The notes: a model not told the origin generated them from the letters alone. 64,000 nucleotides of DNA from Hamiltosporidium tvaerminnensis FI-OER-3-3 (GCA_022605425.2 JAKIMF020000007.1:1364001-1428000), one strand, 5' to 3'. Shown: positions 38,920-53,536, counted from the stretch's first letter. Made by a program: numbers and translations.

Positions 38920-40580
38920 ATTAAAGGGTGTAAGTTATAAGGGTAGTATGGATTGGGGGTGTAAACAACAAGGTGTTAGTGGTAAAGCAAGAAATTATAA
39001 GGGTTTTAATATTAATATGGGTGTATAAAATGGTTTTAATCACAATTGTGATAGAGAAAGGGTGATAATCACAATTGTAACTAATAAAGGGTGTTATTTT
39101 CAAGACATATGTATAAAAGCGTGTTAATCACAATTGTAATAAATAAAGGGTGATAATCACAATTGTATTTAATAAAGGGTGTTTTTTTCAAGACATATGT
39201 ATAAAAGGGTGTTAATCACGAAGTAACTAATAAAGGGTGATAATCACATTATAGCCAATAACGGGTGTTATTTTCGAGACATATGTATAAAAGGGTGTTA
39301 ATCACAATTGTGATAAAGAAAGGGTGATAATCACAATTATAGCTAATAAAGGGTGTTATTTTCAAGACATATGTATAAAAGGGTGTTAATCACGAAGTAA
39401 CTAAAAAAGTTTATGATTGAAAAACATAACAAACAGGGTTTTAATACTATTTATATTAGATAAAGGGTAGTATTTCTATGACAGATGTATAAAAGGGTGT
39501 TAATATACATGGTAGTAGATAAAGGGTGTTAATACAAATGGTAGTGGATAAAGGGAGTTAATATAGGCTGTATCAATAACGGGGTGTTAATGTTATAAAA
39601 GTGTTATTACGGTGTTAGTAATAAAGATAGAAATTATAAGGGTGTTATTTATATTGAGGTTATACTTTAAAGAGTCTTGTAGTATAGCTATTTATATAGA
39701 TAAATAAAGGGGTGTTATTATAAAGATAGATATAAGGTTAGGGTGTTAATATAAAGCTATTTATACACATAAATAAAGGGGTGTTAATTTATATAATATT
39801 CCTATTAAAATATAAAAGGGTGTTAGTAAATGTGCTTCAGAAAATAGATAACTGGGTGTTAATTTATGAAATATCTCCAGATATATAAGAGGGTATCATA
39901 ATTTTAAAATTTATAGGAAAAGATAATAGGGGTTTAAGAAAATAAAATAACAAAATGAAAAATAAAAGGGTGTTAGTAAAAAATTAATAAATTGGGTGTT
40001 ATTTATAGTGATGCTCAAAATAGAGAATAGTAGGGTGTTAATAATACATATTTAAAACAGTATGTAAAAGGGTGTTAATAATAAAGGCATTAATACAATA
40101 AATAACAGGGTGTTAATATTAATATTTAAAGCAGTATATAAAAGGGTGTTACAAATCTAGGCATTTATAAAATAAATAACAGGGTGTTAATAAGGAGACT
40201 TATAATTTGCGCTAGAAGGGTGTTTTACTGGATCTTAGAATTTATAGGAATAAATAACAAAATGTTAGTAAACAAGAAATACTTCAATATAAATAACAGG
40301 GTGTTAGTAATAAAGTGATTGGTTATTGAAATAGCAGGGTGTTATTGAAAATAATATTTCAAAGGATATATATAGAAAGGCCTTACCATATAAATACGGT
40401 TAACTCTATACAAAAGGGTCTAAGTATTATAGATATTTATACCAATAAATAACAGGGTGTTATCGATAAGAATAAATATTTAAAATTTAAAAGGGTGTTA
40501 GTAATAAGACAATAATAAACAAAATAAGGGTGTTAATTATACGGATATATTTTACTAAAAGAATGGGTGTTAATTATATG
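38920..40580 (+). repeat. AAGGGTGTTA-motif array with an 88-bp higher-order repeat at 39038-39410
   Basis: Dozens of (A)AGGGTGTTA motifs 25-60 bp apart. Subunits of 29+29+30 bp repeat about 4.3 times (starts 39038, 39126, 39214, 39300). Confidence 0.9.
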
Positions 40581-40699
40581 GATACTTAAAAAGATTGGAT
40601 TGTTACTGATATATATAATGAAGCTATACCAAACAAAATCTAGGAAAAATTTAAAAAGAAATATAAGTAATTTTTATTTCTGAAACATTATTAACTATT

Positions 40700-43600
40700 G
40701 TTAAATTACTCTTAGTATACATAAAGTTTTTTTTATATAAAATCTTATATATTTTAAGAGAATTTTTTCATACTTGTCTTATCTTTTCATACAGTATATA
40801 CAAAATATATTAAACAAATTTAAAAAAAAATAGGTATTAAATTACAATAAAAATAATATAATTCAAAGGCAAATCAAATAAAAAAATATCAACCCGATAT
40901 TTTACATGTATATCATTCCTTAATATCAAACCTAATGCATTTTTTCAAATTTAATTTTTTTTCATTTTTTTTGGATCTTTCATTGCACTATAGGAATCCA
41001 GATTGAACAAATCTAAAAAAATAAAGAAACTGAATTTTACGCTAAAAATGACTTAATTAAATATTAAACAATCTTATAGATTCATTATAAACCAATTCAA
41101 AGTATATTATAATATTTTTAATAAGTTAATCTTATTTCTTATGAATTTCATTTTTATTGAATATCTTATACTGATATAATAGAAAATATATCTAACAAAA
41201 TCGAAAAAATTAGGTAATAAGATTGACGAAAACATCACCTAATTGTAAAATAAAGAAACGTATTGGTTTTATTATGAAACATTCTGTTAGTATCTTAAGA
41301 ATTTTTTAAGTACAATTCGAATATTTTTTTAGATCATCTTGCTAAAGTTTTTTGATTGCTTAATACAATATATAGAAAATATATTGAAGAAAATAGAAAA
41401 AAGTGGTAATGATACTTTTCCAAAATATAAACAGATACAATTATAAACAGAATATGTTATATTATCATAAACTAATCTGAAGCACTACAGAAATTTTGAA
41501 ACATTAGATTATATATCTTTTGAGTTGAATTTTTTAATCATTTTCAAAGTGTTTCATGTATTATATGCAAAATATATTGAACAAAGTAAAAATAAAATAA
41601 AATTAATACAAAATATGAACAGATTTTATTGTCAAGCATAAAATAAAATTAGTTGCCTCAAATCCAATATGCTTTTAGCATTTCTTATTTAATAAAACAT
41701 ATATTTTTCTAAATCTATTTTCTCAAAATTTTATAAACGTCTATACGACTATATAGACCAAATCAAATAAAAGTAAAAAAAAATAGATTTAGAAAAACCA
41801 CAAGCGAATCAAGAAAGATTGTTGTAAACATTTTAATAGATTCTAATATGAAGATTTGATATATTTTCATTGCTTTTAATCTTTTAAAAACATATATATA
41901 TTTAATCCATTTTCGTACAATTTTCACTTCGTTCAAACTACTATGGTAAACTGTATTGAATAAAATTTAAAAAAATAGATTTAGAAAAATTTACTTTTAC
42001 TAGCCTAAATTTTATATTAGATAATCCATTTAAATTTATAAACTCATTTGTACTATAAAATAAATTTTAAACATTTAATCATATTTCTTTTTGACTTTTT
42101 TTTTACAGATTTCAGGATCTTTCATACCACTATAGTAAACTATATTGAATAAATTTGAAAAAATATGTATTAAAAATTTATAAGAAACAATAAACGAATT
42201 TTATATTGAACAATGTTAATGTTTTATTTTAAAGTCAAATTTAGTATTTGTATGTAGTTTAAAATTAAAAACTATTTTTTTGAATTTATTTTCTTACGTA
42301 TTTTGGAATTATTTTATAAAGTATACAAGAAAAGATTTCGAGCAAGATAGAAAAATAAAAGTAATAAAGTTTACATTAAACATCATAAAATTATAGTATT
42401 TACGAACTATTTAATATATTTGTAATGTTTTTCAAGCAACGAAACATATTTTTTGTAAAAATTAAATTTTTTGATTATTTTTAAATTGTCTATACTATAT
42501 ACAGAAACTATTTCAAAAAAAAGAAAAAAATTGGTAGTATAAATTCACACAAAAAATAAGCCAATTTTATTATAAATCATAACATAAAATTATATAATAA
42601 ATATCTGAAACTTTTCCTGCTTTTTTTAGTATTTTAATAATATATTTTTTCAGTATAATTTTTTTGTAATACTTTAGAATCTTACATACGATTATATGGA
42701 AACTAGATCAACTAAAATCTAAAAAAGTAGGTATTTAAAAATAAACTAAAACATTTACAAATTTTATATGAAACAAATCCATTAACTCATTAAAATATAA
42801 TTGCTAGTGCTAAAAGTATCTTTAAGGATTAAAACCAATATTTCTTTTGATTTCTTTTAATTTTTTTTTGTTCTAATTTTCGATCGTTTCATATACTATA
42901 TAGAAAATATATCGAGCTCAATCGAAAAAAATAAAGTTCCAATATTCGAAAGAAAACCGGATAAAATTTTATTTCAAATACATTTATATAGCTATTATAA
43001 GATAAATTGTTATATCTTTAGTGGGTTTAAAGTATTAGAACATAATATTTTCTTGTCTTAGTTTTCATAGATTTGGAATTGTCAATACTACTATAGTAAA
43101 ATGAATTGCACGAATTTAAAAACATAGGTATTTAAAGATTACAAAAAACATAATCAAATTTTATACAAATAGAACTATCGACTCAACAAAATATCATTCG
43201 TAATATTAAAATTATTTTTAAAGTACTGAGCCAATATTTTTTTTAACCACAGTTTTACAAATTTTTAGATCGTTTCATATATTATATAGAAAATATACCG
43301 AACAAAATCAGACTAAATTAGGTAACAAAAATTAATAGAAAAAAGGATCAAATTTTATTTCAAACTATAAAATAATATTTAAAACCAAGCATTTGATATA
43401 TTTTAAGAAAATATACTTCTAATTAAACAAATATTTTTAAAATCGTTTTTTTTTAATATTTTTGAATCGTTAATTTACTATAGAAAAATGTAATGAAAAA
43501 ATTGAAAAATTTAGGTAATAAAAAATATTGAAAAAAATTCCAAATATAAAACTAAAGGAGACAAAAAATATTATTGCACACCTATTAGTAGTGTTTGCAG

Positions 43601-44250
43601 AAATTTTTTAAAAAAATAAAATATATTTCGGTTGCAGTATTTTTCATAGTTTTGGAATTGTAAATACCACTATAGTAAAATGAATTAAATAAATTTGAAT
43701 AAAAAATAATAAAAAAATTTAATAGAAAACATGACTTAATTTAAAAATATATAGACTCATTATGTTTTTATCCGAGAATTTGTTGCAATTTAGTAACTTT
43801 ATATATCTAATCTTTTATTTATAAAACTTGATTGCTTCATGCATTATAGACCGAAAAACTTGAAACTAATGAAAAAGGATTATTAATAAATCTTAGTAAG
43901 AACAAATATTATAGTTTAGGCCTAAGTAACTTAATAGGTTATTATAATTGAGCTTTGTATTTGCAGAAATTTTTAAGACATCAGATCTTATTTATTTTTA
44001 AAATTTATTTTTTTTACAATTTTTTAAATGTTAATACGAAAACTAGTCCGAGACTATACTTAAAAAAATCCAAAAACCTACACACAAAAATTTACAATAA
44101 ATACTGCAAGTTTTAATTTTAAAACTCTAATTAGTATGTATGTTTTTAACTCAATATTTAGTAATTTTAGAAGCGTTCCATACACTCTAAGCAATATTGT
44201 CAAATAGACATAAAAAATAAAAAATAAATATCACATTAAAATAGACCAAT
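40700..44250 (+). repeat. Degenerate ~190-bp satellite array 2 (about 18 units), same family and orientation as array 1
   Basis: Anchors at 41552, 42120, 42887 and 43273 (spacings 568, 767 and 386 = 3, 4 and 2 units). Confidence 0.85.
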
Positions 44251-47200
44251 TTTTGTTTTAAACAAAGATTTTTTAACTATATAAAATACTTATGAATATA
44301 CAATATTCTTAGCATAAAGATATGTTCTTTTAACTCGTTTTTTTTTCAATTAAGGTCATAAAAGATTATAAAACCTAGTAAATCTTCATAGACATAATAT
44401 TTTTCCTATAAAGAGACATTTTCGCTACCTTTCTGCTTATATTAAAATGTAATATTCTTAAAAAAACTTATTTTATTTTTAAATGATAATTTTCAAAGAT
44501 ATAATCAATCAAAAAATATGAATATAGAAAAGACATAACATACTTCACACTAGATCTAACTTACTTTCACAGTGTATAGTCTTTGAACTTAATTCAATAT
44601 TTATAAGATAACCTACCTTATTGTAGATTTTCTAGTAAAGTATGAAATTTACACAAATCATATTTAAGTCATATTAAATAGATATAGCTGACAATCAATT
44701 CCATGATTTAACATTAAGTAAACAAGAACGTTTGAAAAATGTTGAATTTGATTATTATGGTGATATGAAATATAACTGCAAAAAATAAAGAACTTAAAAA
44801 TAATTTTGGAAATATAGTCAAAAAATGAAAAAGAGATAAAAAGTACGACTTACACAAAAGCATGAAATAGAAAGTCGAAAATAGTGTACAGATATAACGT
44901 AGAATTAAAATATATTTAATAAGTAAAATGAAATAACCGAATTCTAAAAATGTTATTACCATCTAACAAAGTAATAAGAAATAATGAATATATGAAAGTT
45001 TATTTAATGTATCAAAAATATAATTTAATATATGTTATTATTATCGGATATATTTGCACTGATTTTGTTGGCTTTATAGTTTTAATATTTTCTTTTCCAT
45101 ACTTTAACATCTCATTTATATTTTGAGTCTTTTCACCATATATAGGGCTTGGTAAACTTCGTGCTTGTTAGCTTAGCAACCGTTTAAAATAAATTTTTAA
45201 CGTAACAAGAAGGATAATCAATGAACAAAAGAAATAAAAATACCAATCAGAAATAAATTATAGGACAAATTAATATTATAGAAGATAAAACACTTTTTAT
45301 TTTAATATTTATGAATTCTAAATAGTAACTCTTTTTATATTGATAAAGAAATAAAGATAATGTATTGCTCAGAGACTATTTCAGGTTTAGACAATCAAAA
45401 AACGTTAAATATAAAATGAATAGAGGATAAAGGTTAAGAAATAAAGAGAGGTATTATTTTTATATAGATTATAGGTAGGTATATTGAATTATATGTATAA
45501 TAGAAACTAGTGCATGGTTGATAAATGATTAAGAGAGGGATTTTATTATATATATGGAAATTATAAAGGTTCTGATAAGAAAGATAATAGAGATAAGATT
45601 ATTTGTAATAATACTAGAGAAAAATGTTATAGCAACCAAATATTGATCATTAAAATATATTTGGTTATTATATTCGCTGTAACTTGTTCTCAAAATAAAT
45701 TGTTAGCATAGGCGCCAAGTTGTTCTTATTCGGGATATTTTTAAAGGTTTACAATTGAGTTTTCTAATAAAAAAAGAACAATGAGAGGTTCATAATAAAG
45801 GAAGACATATTATATTCCGAACTTTACTCGATAAAGCACGGCGCAATATGGTGAAATAAGATAGGTAGAACGTTCGTATCTTAACTAAATATTCTGAATA
45901 GTTATTATGGCTTAATAAAATCTTACAAGTATATATATTCCTTTTCTTTTTATAACAATCTATTATAGTTCAGATGGGATTTTTTAAAAAAAGATAAAAG
46001 CAATAAAAATTCTACTCAATACTTTAATCGACTATATAATAGTATGATGTATAACGATGAAGTTACTAAAAAAAGACAGATTTACAAGGAATATATTTAG
46101 CGTTTTTTTATAAGAATTGAGTATAAAATAAAGTGAAAACCCGAAATAATATATCTTATAATAGAGGTTATTGACCAGTATTTTTATTTGGTTTAACTAA
46201 TTTTTTTATTCGAAGTCCTCTAATAGGAATCCTTTATATCTTTTATGAATATTTTATTTTAGAAATAAATTAGATTTTTAAACTGAATTTTTATTATATG
46301 CGCTGTTTCTAGATTATCATTATACTAGGAAAAAAGTACTACTATTCAAAAACTAGCGAAAAAAGTATAAGTAAATAAAACAGAAAAAGAATCTTTACTA
46401 AGTAGCGTTTGTGCTCAGCATAAATAGCAATTTTTTATTTAAATTGCAATTATCGTTAATATTTTTTACAATTGTTCTATTTAAACAAATTAACATAGAA
46501 CTAGTTCATGATGCAAATAGGGTTTTAAATTTTTTATTTTTGTATAAAATTTTTGACTAAGTTAGCGGGTATTACTTCTTTTACTTCCTGTGACTTTATC
46601 AATTCAATTTTTAGATTTAATCTGAAACATAATTTTTCTAAAGATAGATGAATAAAGAAAATATATTTATGTTTTTTCTAAATTATTAAATCTTAATAAG
46701 CCTAGAAAAAGAGGTATTAAATTAGAGTGAATCGGAAATAGATTGGCAATCTTTAGAAATTTTTTAGAAGATTCATATAAAATGTAGAATCAAACTTTGG
46801 GATCACACTCACAAAACAATGGATTTCTAAATCATACTGAAATAATGTTAATCAAGTATAGTATAAAATATATATTGATTTTTTAGTACTTTATCTTTAT
46901 TTGAGAAAATATTCTATTATCAATTCATATTTTCATTCTTTATTATGTTTTTTCGCTTCATTATATGTTTAGATGCATTATTGTCCGTATTTGTGTCATA
47001 CCGGGTTTTTAGATTTAGAGAAAAATAAATTCATATATTTATGCTCCTATAGAAGCGTACGCTTACCAAATAGACATCAAATATAGATACTCTTTATTAT
47101 CTTTTACGAAAAACACAAAAACATACGTCTTACTGGATGTATTTTCGACATTCCAACCAATTGGATAAACATCTCTGTTCTAAATTGCATATATTATTAG

Positions 47201-48199
47201 AATATAAATGCCAAGATAATAACTTAAGATTTATATAAATGTGTGTAATATGAGATCGCATGGGAAACCTGATCTTTGAACTCCTTATTCATTTAAAAAA
47301 ATATGTTTTAAATAGTTAAATGTGTAAAAATGATTAACGATTGATTATTTTAAATGCTTAAATAGATATAATTTATCAAAAACTTTACTTTCCGACTCTC
47401 TTTTGTGTAAAAGTTTAAATTAAATTTGTTTGTTGCAAAATAAAGAGAAGAATTTCTTAGTTTCCTGATAATATAAATTTCTGACTGGCTTCAAACAATT
47501 CACATAGATTATAAAATTTTTTTTGACACACCGTAAGCTACAGCAGTAAATATAATTTTAGATAACTGAATACGGTTTATACATCATCTATCTATTTTTA
47601 AGGTATTTTATTAATTTTTCGTGAAATAATGTATAAACGATATGAGAACACGATCAATATATATCGTACTTAGAAATATACGAAGAATAAAAATGCAATT
47701 TGCGATGAATTTCTTAAATTTACTCTCTTCAAATTTTAACTATGTGCTAAAAACATACAGAAATATTTAAAACGAAAAGAGGCACAATACTATCCTTCTA
47801 TTAAATTACAATTTTTAAATTGAAAATAATTTTTCGTTGATTATATTACTATTTAAGACATATAGTATTAGCCTTATGATGCCTGAATTAAGAAATCATA
47901 TTGAAATTGCTCTTTAAGAAAACGAAAGATAGATTATTCTGAAAACCGAAGGAACATCTATATTTTTTTCATTTATTAACATTCGCATATATAGGGCATG
48001 TTATACTTATAATGAATACATATATCAACATCTTTTGAAATGTTTAGAAGTGCTATTGATAACAAATATAATTTTACATCTTCTTAATTATTCTAAAAAT
48101 GATATAGTTTTAATACCAAGGCATATTTACTTTTAGAGGGAGATGACTAAAACAATAATCTTATTCAAAACATTACATTTTTTTTTACTAAGAATGGTA

Positions 48200-50830
48200 A
48201 GTTTTCAATTTGTATTTGTGACTTCAACGTAGTTCAGGTTTAACATAAATAAATAAATGCTACCCGACACACCTTCAGTATTTTTACGATACCCACGTTC
48301 CCAAGCCCTTCATCTAAAAAATGTGAAGACCTAATTAATAGACGAGGCGGTTTCTCGGTGTGCGTTAATGTCGATTTCATTATGTGTACTCACGAGCCAA
48401 GCCCATCTTTAGTTCTCCCAAGACTATGCGGCGTTTCCACTAACGCAGCGCCTACCGAATCTAATTCACGTCTGGCTAAGTTATATCTTAGAGACTTACA
48501 TCTAATCTATCTAGACAGTGCGGTGTCATACCAACAGATACAACCTGCTAGTTAGCTTTTATGGCTTTAAATAATTTTTATTTTAATATCACAGGCGCCA
48601 ATCTTATAACACGAGTAAGCAAGGCCAAGGCTCAATGCTTCTTCTTTATGACAATGGCTTACAAGTTCGTCTGAGGTTCCATTCTGCCACACAAAAAACT
48701 ACAAATAAATTTTTAGAAAAGTCTTACTATTGCGTAGACTTCCTCATACAAACCTTTACGGGAAAACAGAAAATATAGTGTGCTTTAATTCCCATCCTAA
48801 ATCCAAACAATGATATTCATACCAGTTTCACATACTCAATGCCCACCAGAAATTTTTTTTGTGGCAATCCTCCCTTCACCAAAAATTACAAATACAATTT
48901 AAATTTATTGTTTACGCTCAAAATAGAAAAAATTAAATATTTATGATTTTAGCATAGTACAAGTAGGGTTAAATTTTTTTATAAATTTAGTAAGACGTTT
49001 TTCGAATGAATTAGAAATAAATCGAGATATTTGAATAATGTAACCATATGATATTGACGAATAAATCGTTTTAACTGTAAAATCACTATTTAAAAACATA
49101 TTTTTAAAATTTAGAATAAAAAATTGCAGAAATGTTTTAAAAATCATATTTTGAAACAAAATCTAATGAAATGAAATTTTAACTGAACTTTTACTAATTT
49201 TGGAAACAGGAAAAACAAATATTAGAGATGTTCACATGTTTTAATTATTAATTTTTTCTTTTGGTGTTAAATCAAATAAAAGATTGTGGTTAAAACAATT
49301 TAATTTCTTTACATATTTTAAAAATTTCTATCCTTATGTTTCTGATATCAAAAGATTATTTTTCATTGATGAAATTGGAATGAAGAAGTAACTCAAGAAA
49401 TGTAAACAGGAAAGATGAAAAAGTGTGTAATAGCTATAAAGGTGAGGATGTATGATGTTTATTATTTTTATTTGCATCTCAATGTATTCCCCAGAAATTA
49501 ATTATCTTAAAAATAGTTTTCAGTTACAGTTCAGATATATGATTGTTAAATTATATTGTGATGCTGTTGGATATCCGGCCACAACACCGTGAAAGTTTTA
49601 TGAAGCAAATGATTCGATTATTCAGTTTATTTCCGTATTATATTATTACCTAAAGCATTTTTTTATAAGAAAATTTTATCCAAAAAGTTCTTTTTATTTA
49701 ATATGAACAAAGTTTTTCCTATTACCCTTGGAGAAGAAGAAAGAAGCATAGGGGAGGTTTAATACCTAAAGCATTGTTAAGTAGGTTATATTCGATGCTG
49801 AGGTTTTATGGAGAGTTTTTGGAAGAAATTGAGCAATTTTGGATTGTATCTAACAGTAGACTTCTACATTTGCAATCTTAGTTACAACTGAGCACAATTT
49901 AGAAATTCTTTTCCTTGTAGAACTAGAAAGCATGGAACGTTGTTAAGATGCAAATTCTGGTAATTTTATGTGTTACCTAATCTAATTCCGAAAAAATATT
50001 TTTTTATTGGCCTATGAGAAGGAAAAAGACCTAAGTGGTTTTGATTGAATCAGATATGTATTTTAAGTGATGAAATCTAAATATTAAATTCAAATATTTA
50101 TCTTAAAGTGAAATTAAAAATAGCTATTTGATATATTTAGAATATCAGAATTGTTTATATCTATAAAATTACTTTGGATGAATTCCTTGTAATAACTTGA
50201 GAACAGATAGAAATGTTCGTTTGTTTTCTAAGAAATACGAATTTGTAGGAATTTAATGATTTTAAGGTATAAAAAAATAAAATGTTGTAAAATTGGTTTA
50301 TATTATCTATTATATGTCTATATTTATGTAAAAAAAACATTATAATTTATTTAAATCAATTTCTATACCTCCCGGTTTATTAAATACATTTCTTAGTTAT
50401 TCCTTCAAATCAAATTATAAACATTTAAATCTTTTGCAATTAGTTAATCTATATTTCTTAGTTTAATAATCAGGTTTTATTTTATAAAATTTACTTTCTA
50501 AATATAATACAATTTAAGAGAGTTACTATATCTCATGGTGTCTTAAATTACATTTGAGATATTTTATTTATTTACAACAATAGTCTTTTATTATGCAAAG
50601 AATAAAATCGATCCTTATAATACAAGTGGGGACAAAGTAACTCATATATTTAATGACTTTCCGCTAAGGTATATCATAAAAATAGATAATACATATTCAT
50701 ATTAGAATATATATAGCTTAAGCATAATCATTTTTCCAAGAATACAACACTTTAAAGAGCCTAAATCACATTATATATCATAAAGATCACGATTCTAGTT
50801 GTAGATAAAAAGACGAATAGATGATTTAAA
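48200..50830 (+). repeat. Segmental duplication B, copy 1 (direct paralog of ~61420-64000)
   Basis: Matches include gaattagaaataaatcga (49008 and ~62208), ttctgatatcaaaa (49340 and 62552), gaaattggaatgaaga (49371 and 62580), ttgcaattagttaatctatattt (50434 and 63582). Confidence 0.9.
48250..48560. pseudogene. GC-richer decayed gene, paralog at 61460-61760; coding strand ambiguous
   Basis: Differences between the copies fall mostly at every third base. Plus strand: LAKLYLRDLH vs LAKIYFGELH. Minus strand: GCICWYDTA vs GYLCWYGIA. Confidence 0.45.
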
Positions 50831-52315
50831 TGAAACAAGTATTATGATACAGCTTAAGTGTGGTTGCTGGTTTTTTAAAAGGTTTTAATTTAAACACAAA
50901 ATAATATTTTATAGATTGTTTATGGTATAGTTATCCACTCTGAAACTTTGCGAATATGCAAATCCGTCTATGAATGTAATTCTTAACCATTGAGTATATA
51001 TAAAAGGCGTTTCTGATATTGGTAAAGTTATTTTTAAATACATTTTAAGTAAACGAATTTACTTTGTTCGTAAATCCGATTTTGAACAAGATCGAATGAG
51101 TTCTTAGACACCCCATTTGAATCCTAAATAATTTACACAGGCAAATAGCCTTACATACTATTTCCATGATAAAAACAAGCCTGGGTAGTTTAAAATGTAT
51201 TAATTTGCTGCGAATTTTTCGGAAAATATACAGTAGTTGATTGTGGAACTAGTGTCTTTCGTTCTACATTAAGTTAAATCTTTATAGAGTGGATCGGCTA
51301 ATAGAGGTTTAAGAACAAGATAGTGCTAAGTTACGTGTAGAGAATACCGAATATAAAAAATCCAAGCATAATCATATTATTTTTTTACATTTTAAACCAT
51401 CTTCTTTTTTTTATATTTAAAGTATATAACCCATAACTAATGGTATAATATAAATCCACGAACTTAATAAATAGAAATTTTATTTAGTGAAATAGAATAG
51501 ACGCCTATTTTCACAAACAAACTTAATTAATTATAATATAAGACTCATCTATAAATACATTTTGTTATCAATGTATCCTTGATTTTATTATTTCATTCAT
51601 TTAAATGAATTTCTGAAAAGTTTGAAATGAATTTCTAGCTTTACATACAAATAAGAGAAATATATATTAGTCATATGTAAAAAACGAGTATTTAATTTAG
51701 TTTAAAATAAACCAAATTTATTTAAGGTTTACCTATCGCTAAAATAAGATAAAATATCTCGTAAATATTCTATAATTCAAATATTATATTTTATGTACGA
51801 CTTCATAACCATTGTAACATTTAAAAGCATACAAAATTAAACTATTTTAAGAATAAGTTGTATAATTTTTTTTAAAAAACAGAAATGGGTTAAGAAAATT
51901 AAAATTGATATACTTAGCGTAAAAACATCTATTTAAATTTGGTTTTATTATTCTATTACTATATAAACACATTTATGACTCAAGATATTTTATTTAGTAT
52001 CAATTTTATTAAACTTCAATTCTGTAAATCTCTACCATATAATATATAATTTTTTAAAAAAAACTTAGCATTATCTAAAAGAATCAATATACTTATAATA
52101 AAAACAATTTAAGTCAGTCAAATAAGGCACATATTAAAATAAAAACCATTTTTTTATATGGATATATTAAGGTGATTTAAATATTAACACAGCTAATATA
52201 GATATATGTATATGAATAATAAATGCATGTCTATATAAATATAGGCAATATTTAATATATTAGATTAAAAGCAATATTTTTACATTTCTCTTCTTTTCGC
52301 TTCAAAATAGCATAC

Positions 52316-52752
52316 AAGATATTTTAAATACTTTTTCAGATCAAGTACTTTCTCTTCCTTAGCTTTATATTCTTTTAAAGCCAAAGAAGCAATCCATATA
52401 TAATAGGTGGCATTTTCTCAATTTTCGGAAAGTACTAGAATGAGGTTATATAGAAATCAAAAGTTACTTCTGAATACCCTATATGATAAATGTCTCACTC
52501 AATATATTGAAGGCTTTTAATAACAATTTCGGAAATTTTAATAAGGCTATATTTAGATCGAATACGACGTATTATGACCAAGATAAGAAATTATATTTAT
52601 AGGATGGTGATTATAGTTTTTAATAGTTCCAATGTAATAAATAAACAAAAAAAAGACCTAATACCTTACCAGCAAAAACTTCCAATTATGGTAAATTTTA
52701 TAAGTTTATTAAGGTTGGTCATTTAAAATGCTATAAGAAGAAATACCATTAA
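52316..52752 (+). pseudogene. Family X, copy 2
   Basis: GYIEIKSYF*IPYMINVSLNILKAFNNNFGNFNKAIFRSNTTYYDQDKKLYL*...KTSNYGKFYKFIKV. The start codon position reads AAG. Confidence 0.55.
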
Positions 52753-53390
52753 AGCATATGCGTATTTTTAACGATTTAAAAATAAATAAAGAATTTTTTG
52801 AAAAATTACTAAAAATAAATAGCATTCATAATTATTCAAAAAAGTTGTAAAATTTTAAAAAAAAATTATTTTTTGAAGAAAAAAAAGCTAAACTTTTAGA
52901 AAATTATATGGGATGTGAAAAAATTGCTAAATTATAGATTTTTAAAAAACTTGATACCTAAATAAATATAAAATGAATCCATAAAAATAGTACACAATTC
53001 CAAAATTAAATGAAAAAATGTAGAAAACATAATAATTTATACATAGGTTTGAAAATATAAATAATACGCTTAAATCTATACAAAACATACAGAAAAAAAT
53101 AGAACTGGCTTGAAAAAATAGTAACTAATAATAAAAGTTGTAAAATACTAAAGCATAAAAAATTTCAGAGATTCGAAAAAACCATATAATGTTTTTAAAA
53201 ACGTTTTTTTTTGAATGTATAACAAAGAAAAAACATTTCTTTAAAATGTAAAATATACACAAAATAAAAAAATGTAAACATTCGGAACTTTTATAGGATC
53301 AAATTTTCAAAAAAAGACAATTTCTAAGTAACTTTGATTTAAATATTTAAACATCCACAGATAGAATAAAGATATTTTTAAACTCAAATG

Positions 53391-53536
53391 TGTAATTCAT
53401 CCAAAACCCTTCAGGGTTAGGGTGATCACTCTAAGAGATAATACGAATGAAATCAAATTAAAAAAAAACTGAAAGCGAAACAAAATTAATAGCTGTTTTG
53501 ATCTAGATTTATTCTCCGATCAACCTTTTTGCTACA
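53391..53536 (-). mobile_element. Solo-LTR-like element, paralog of 22809-22958
   Basis: tgtaattcatccaaaacccttcagggttagggtgatcactctaagagataa...gctaca, at the equivalent position in duplication A. Confidence 0.5.

Noticed and set aside
38920-40580. CRISPR-like repeat-spacer appearance
   Set aside because: The repeat is only 8-10 bp, the spacers are related to each other, there are no cas genes and the context is eukaryotic.
45705-48605. TGGCGCC primer-binding-site-like motifs on the minus strand (~45711 and ~48594)
   Set aside because: No gag/pol sequence or paired LTR follows. The GC-rich stretch next to the second motif is part of duplication B.
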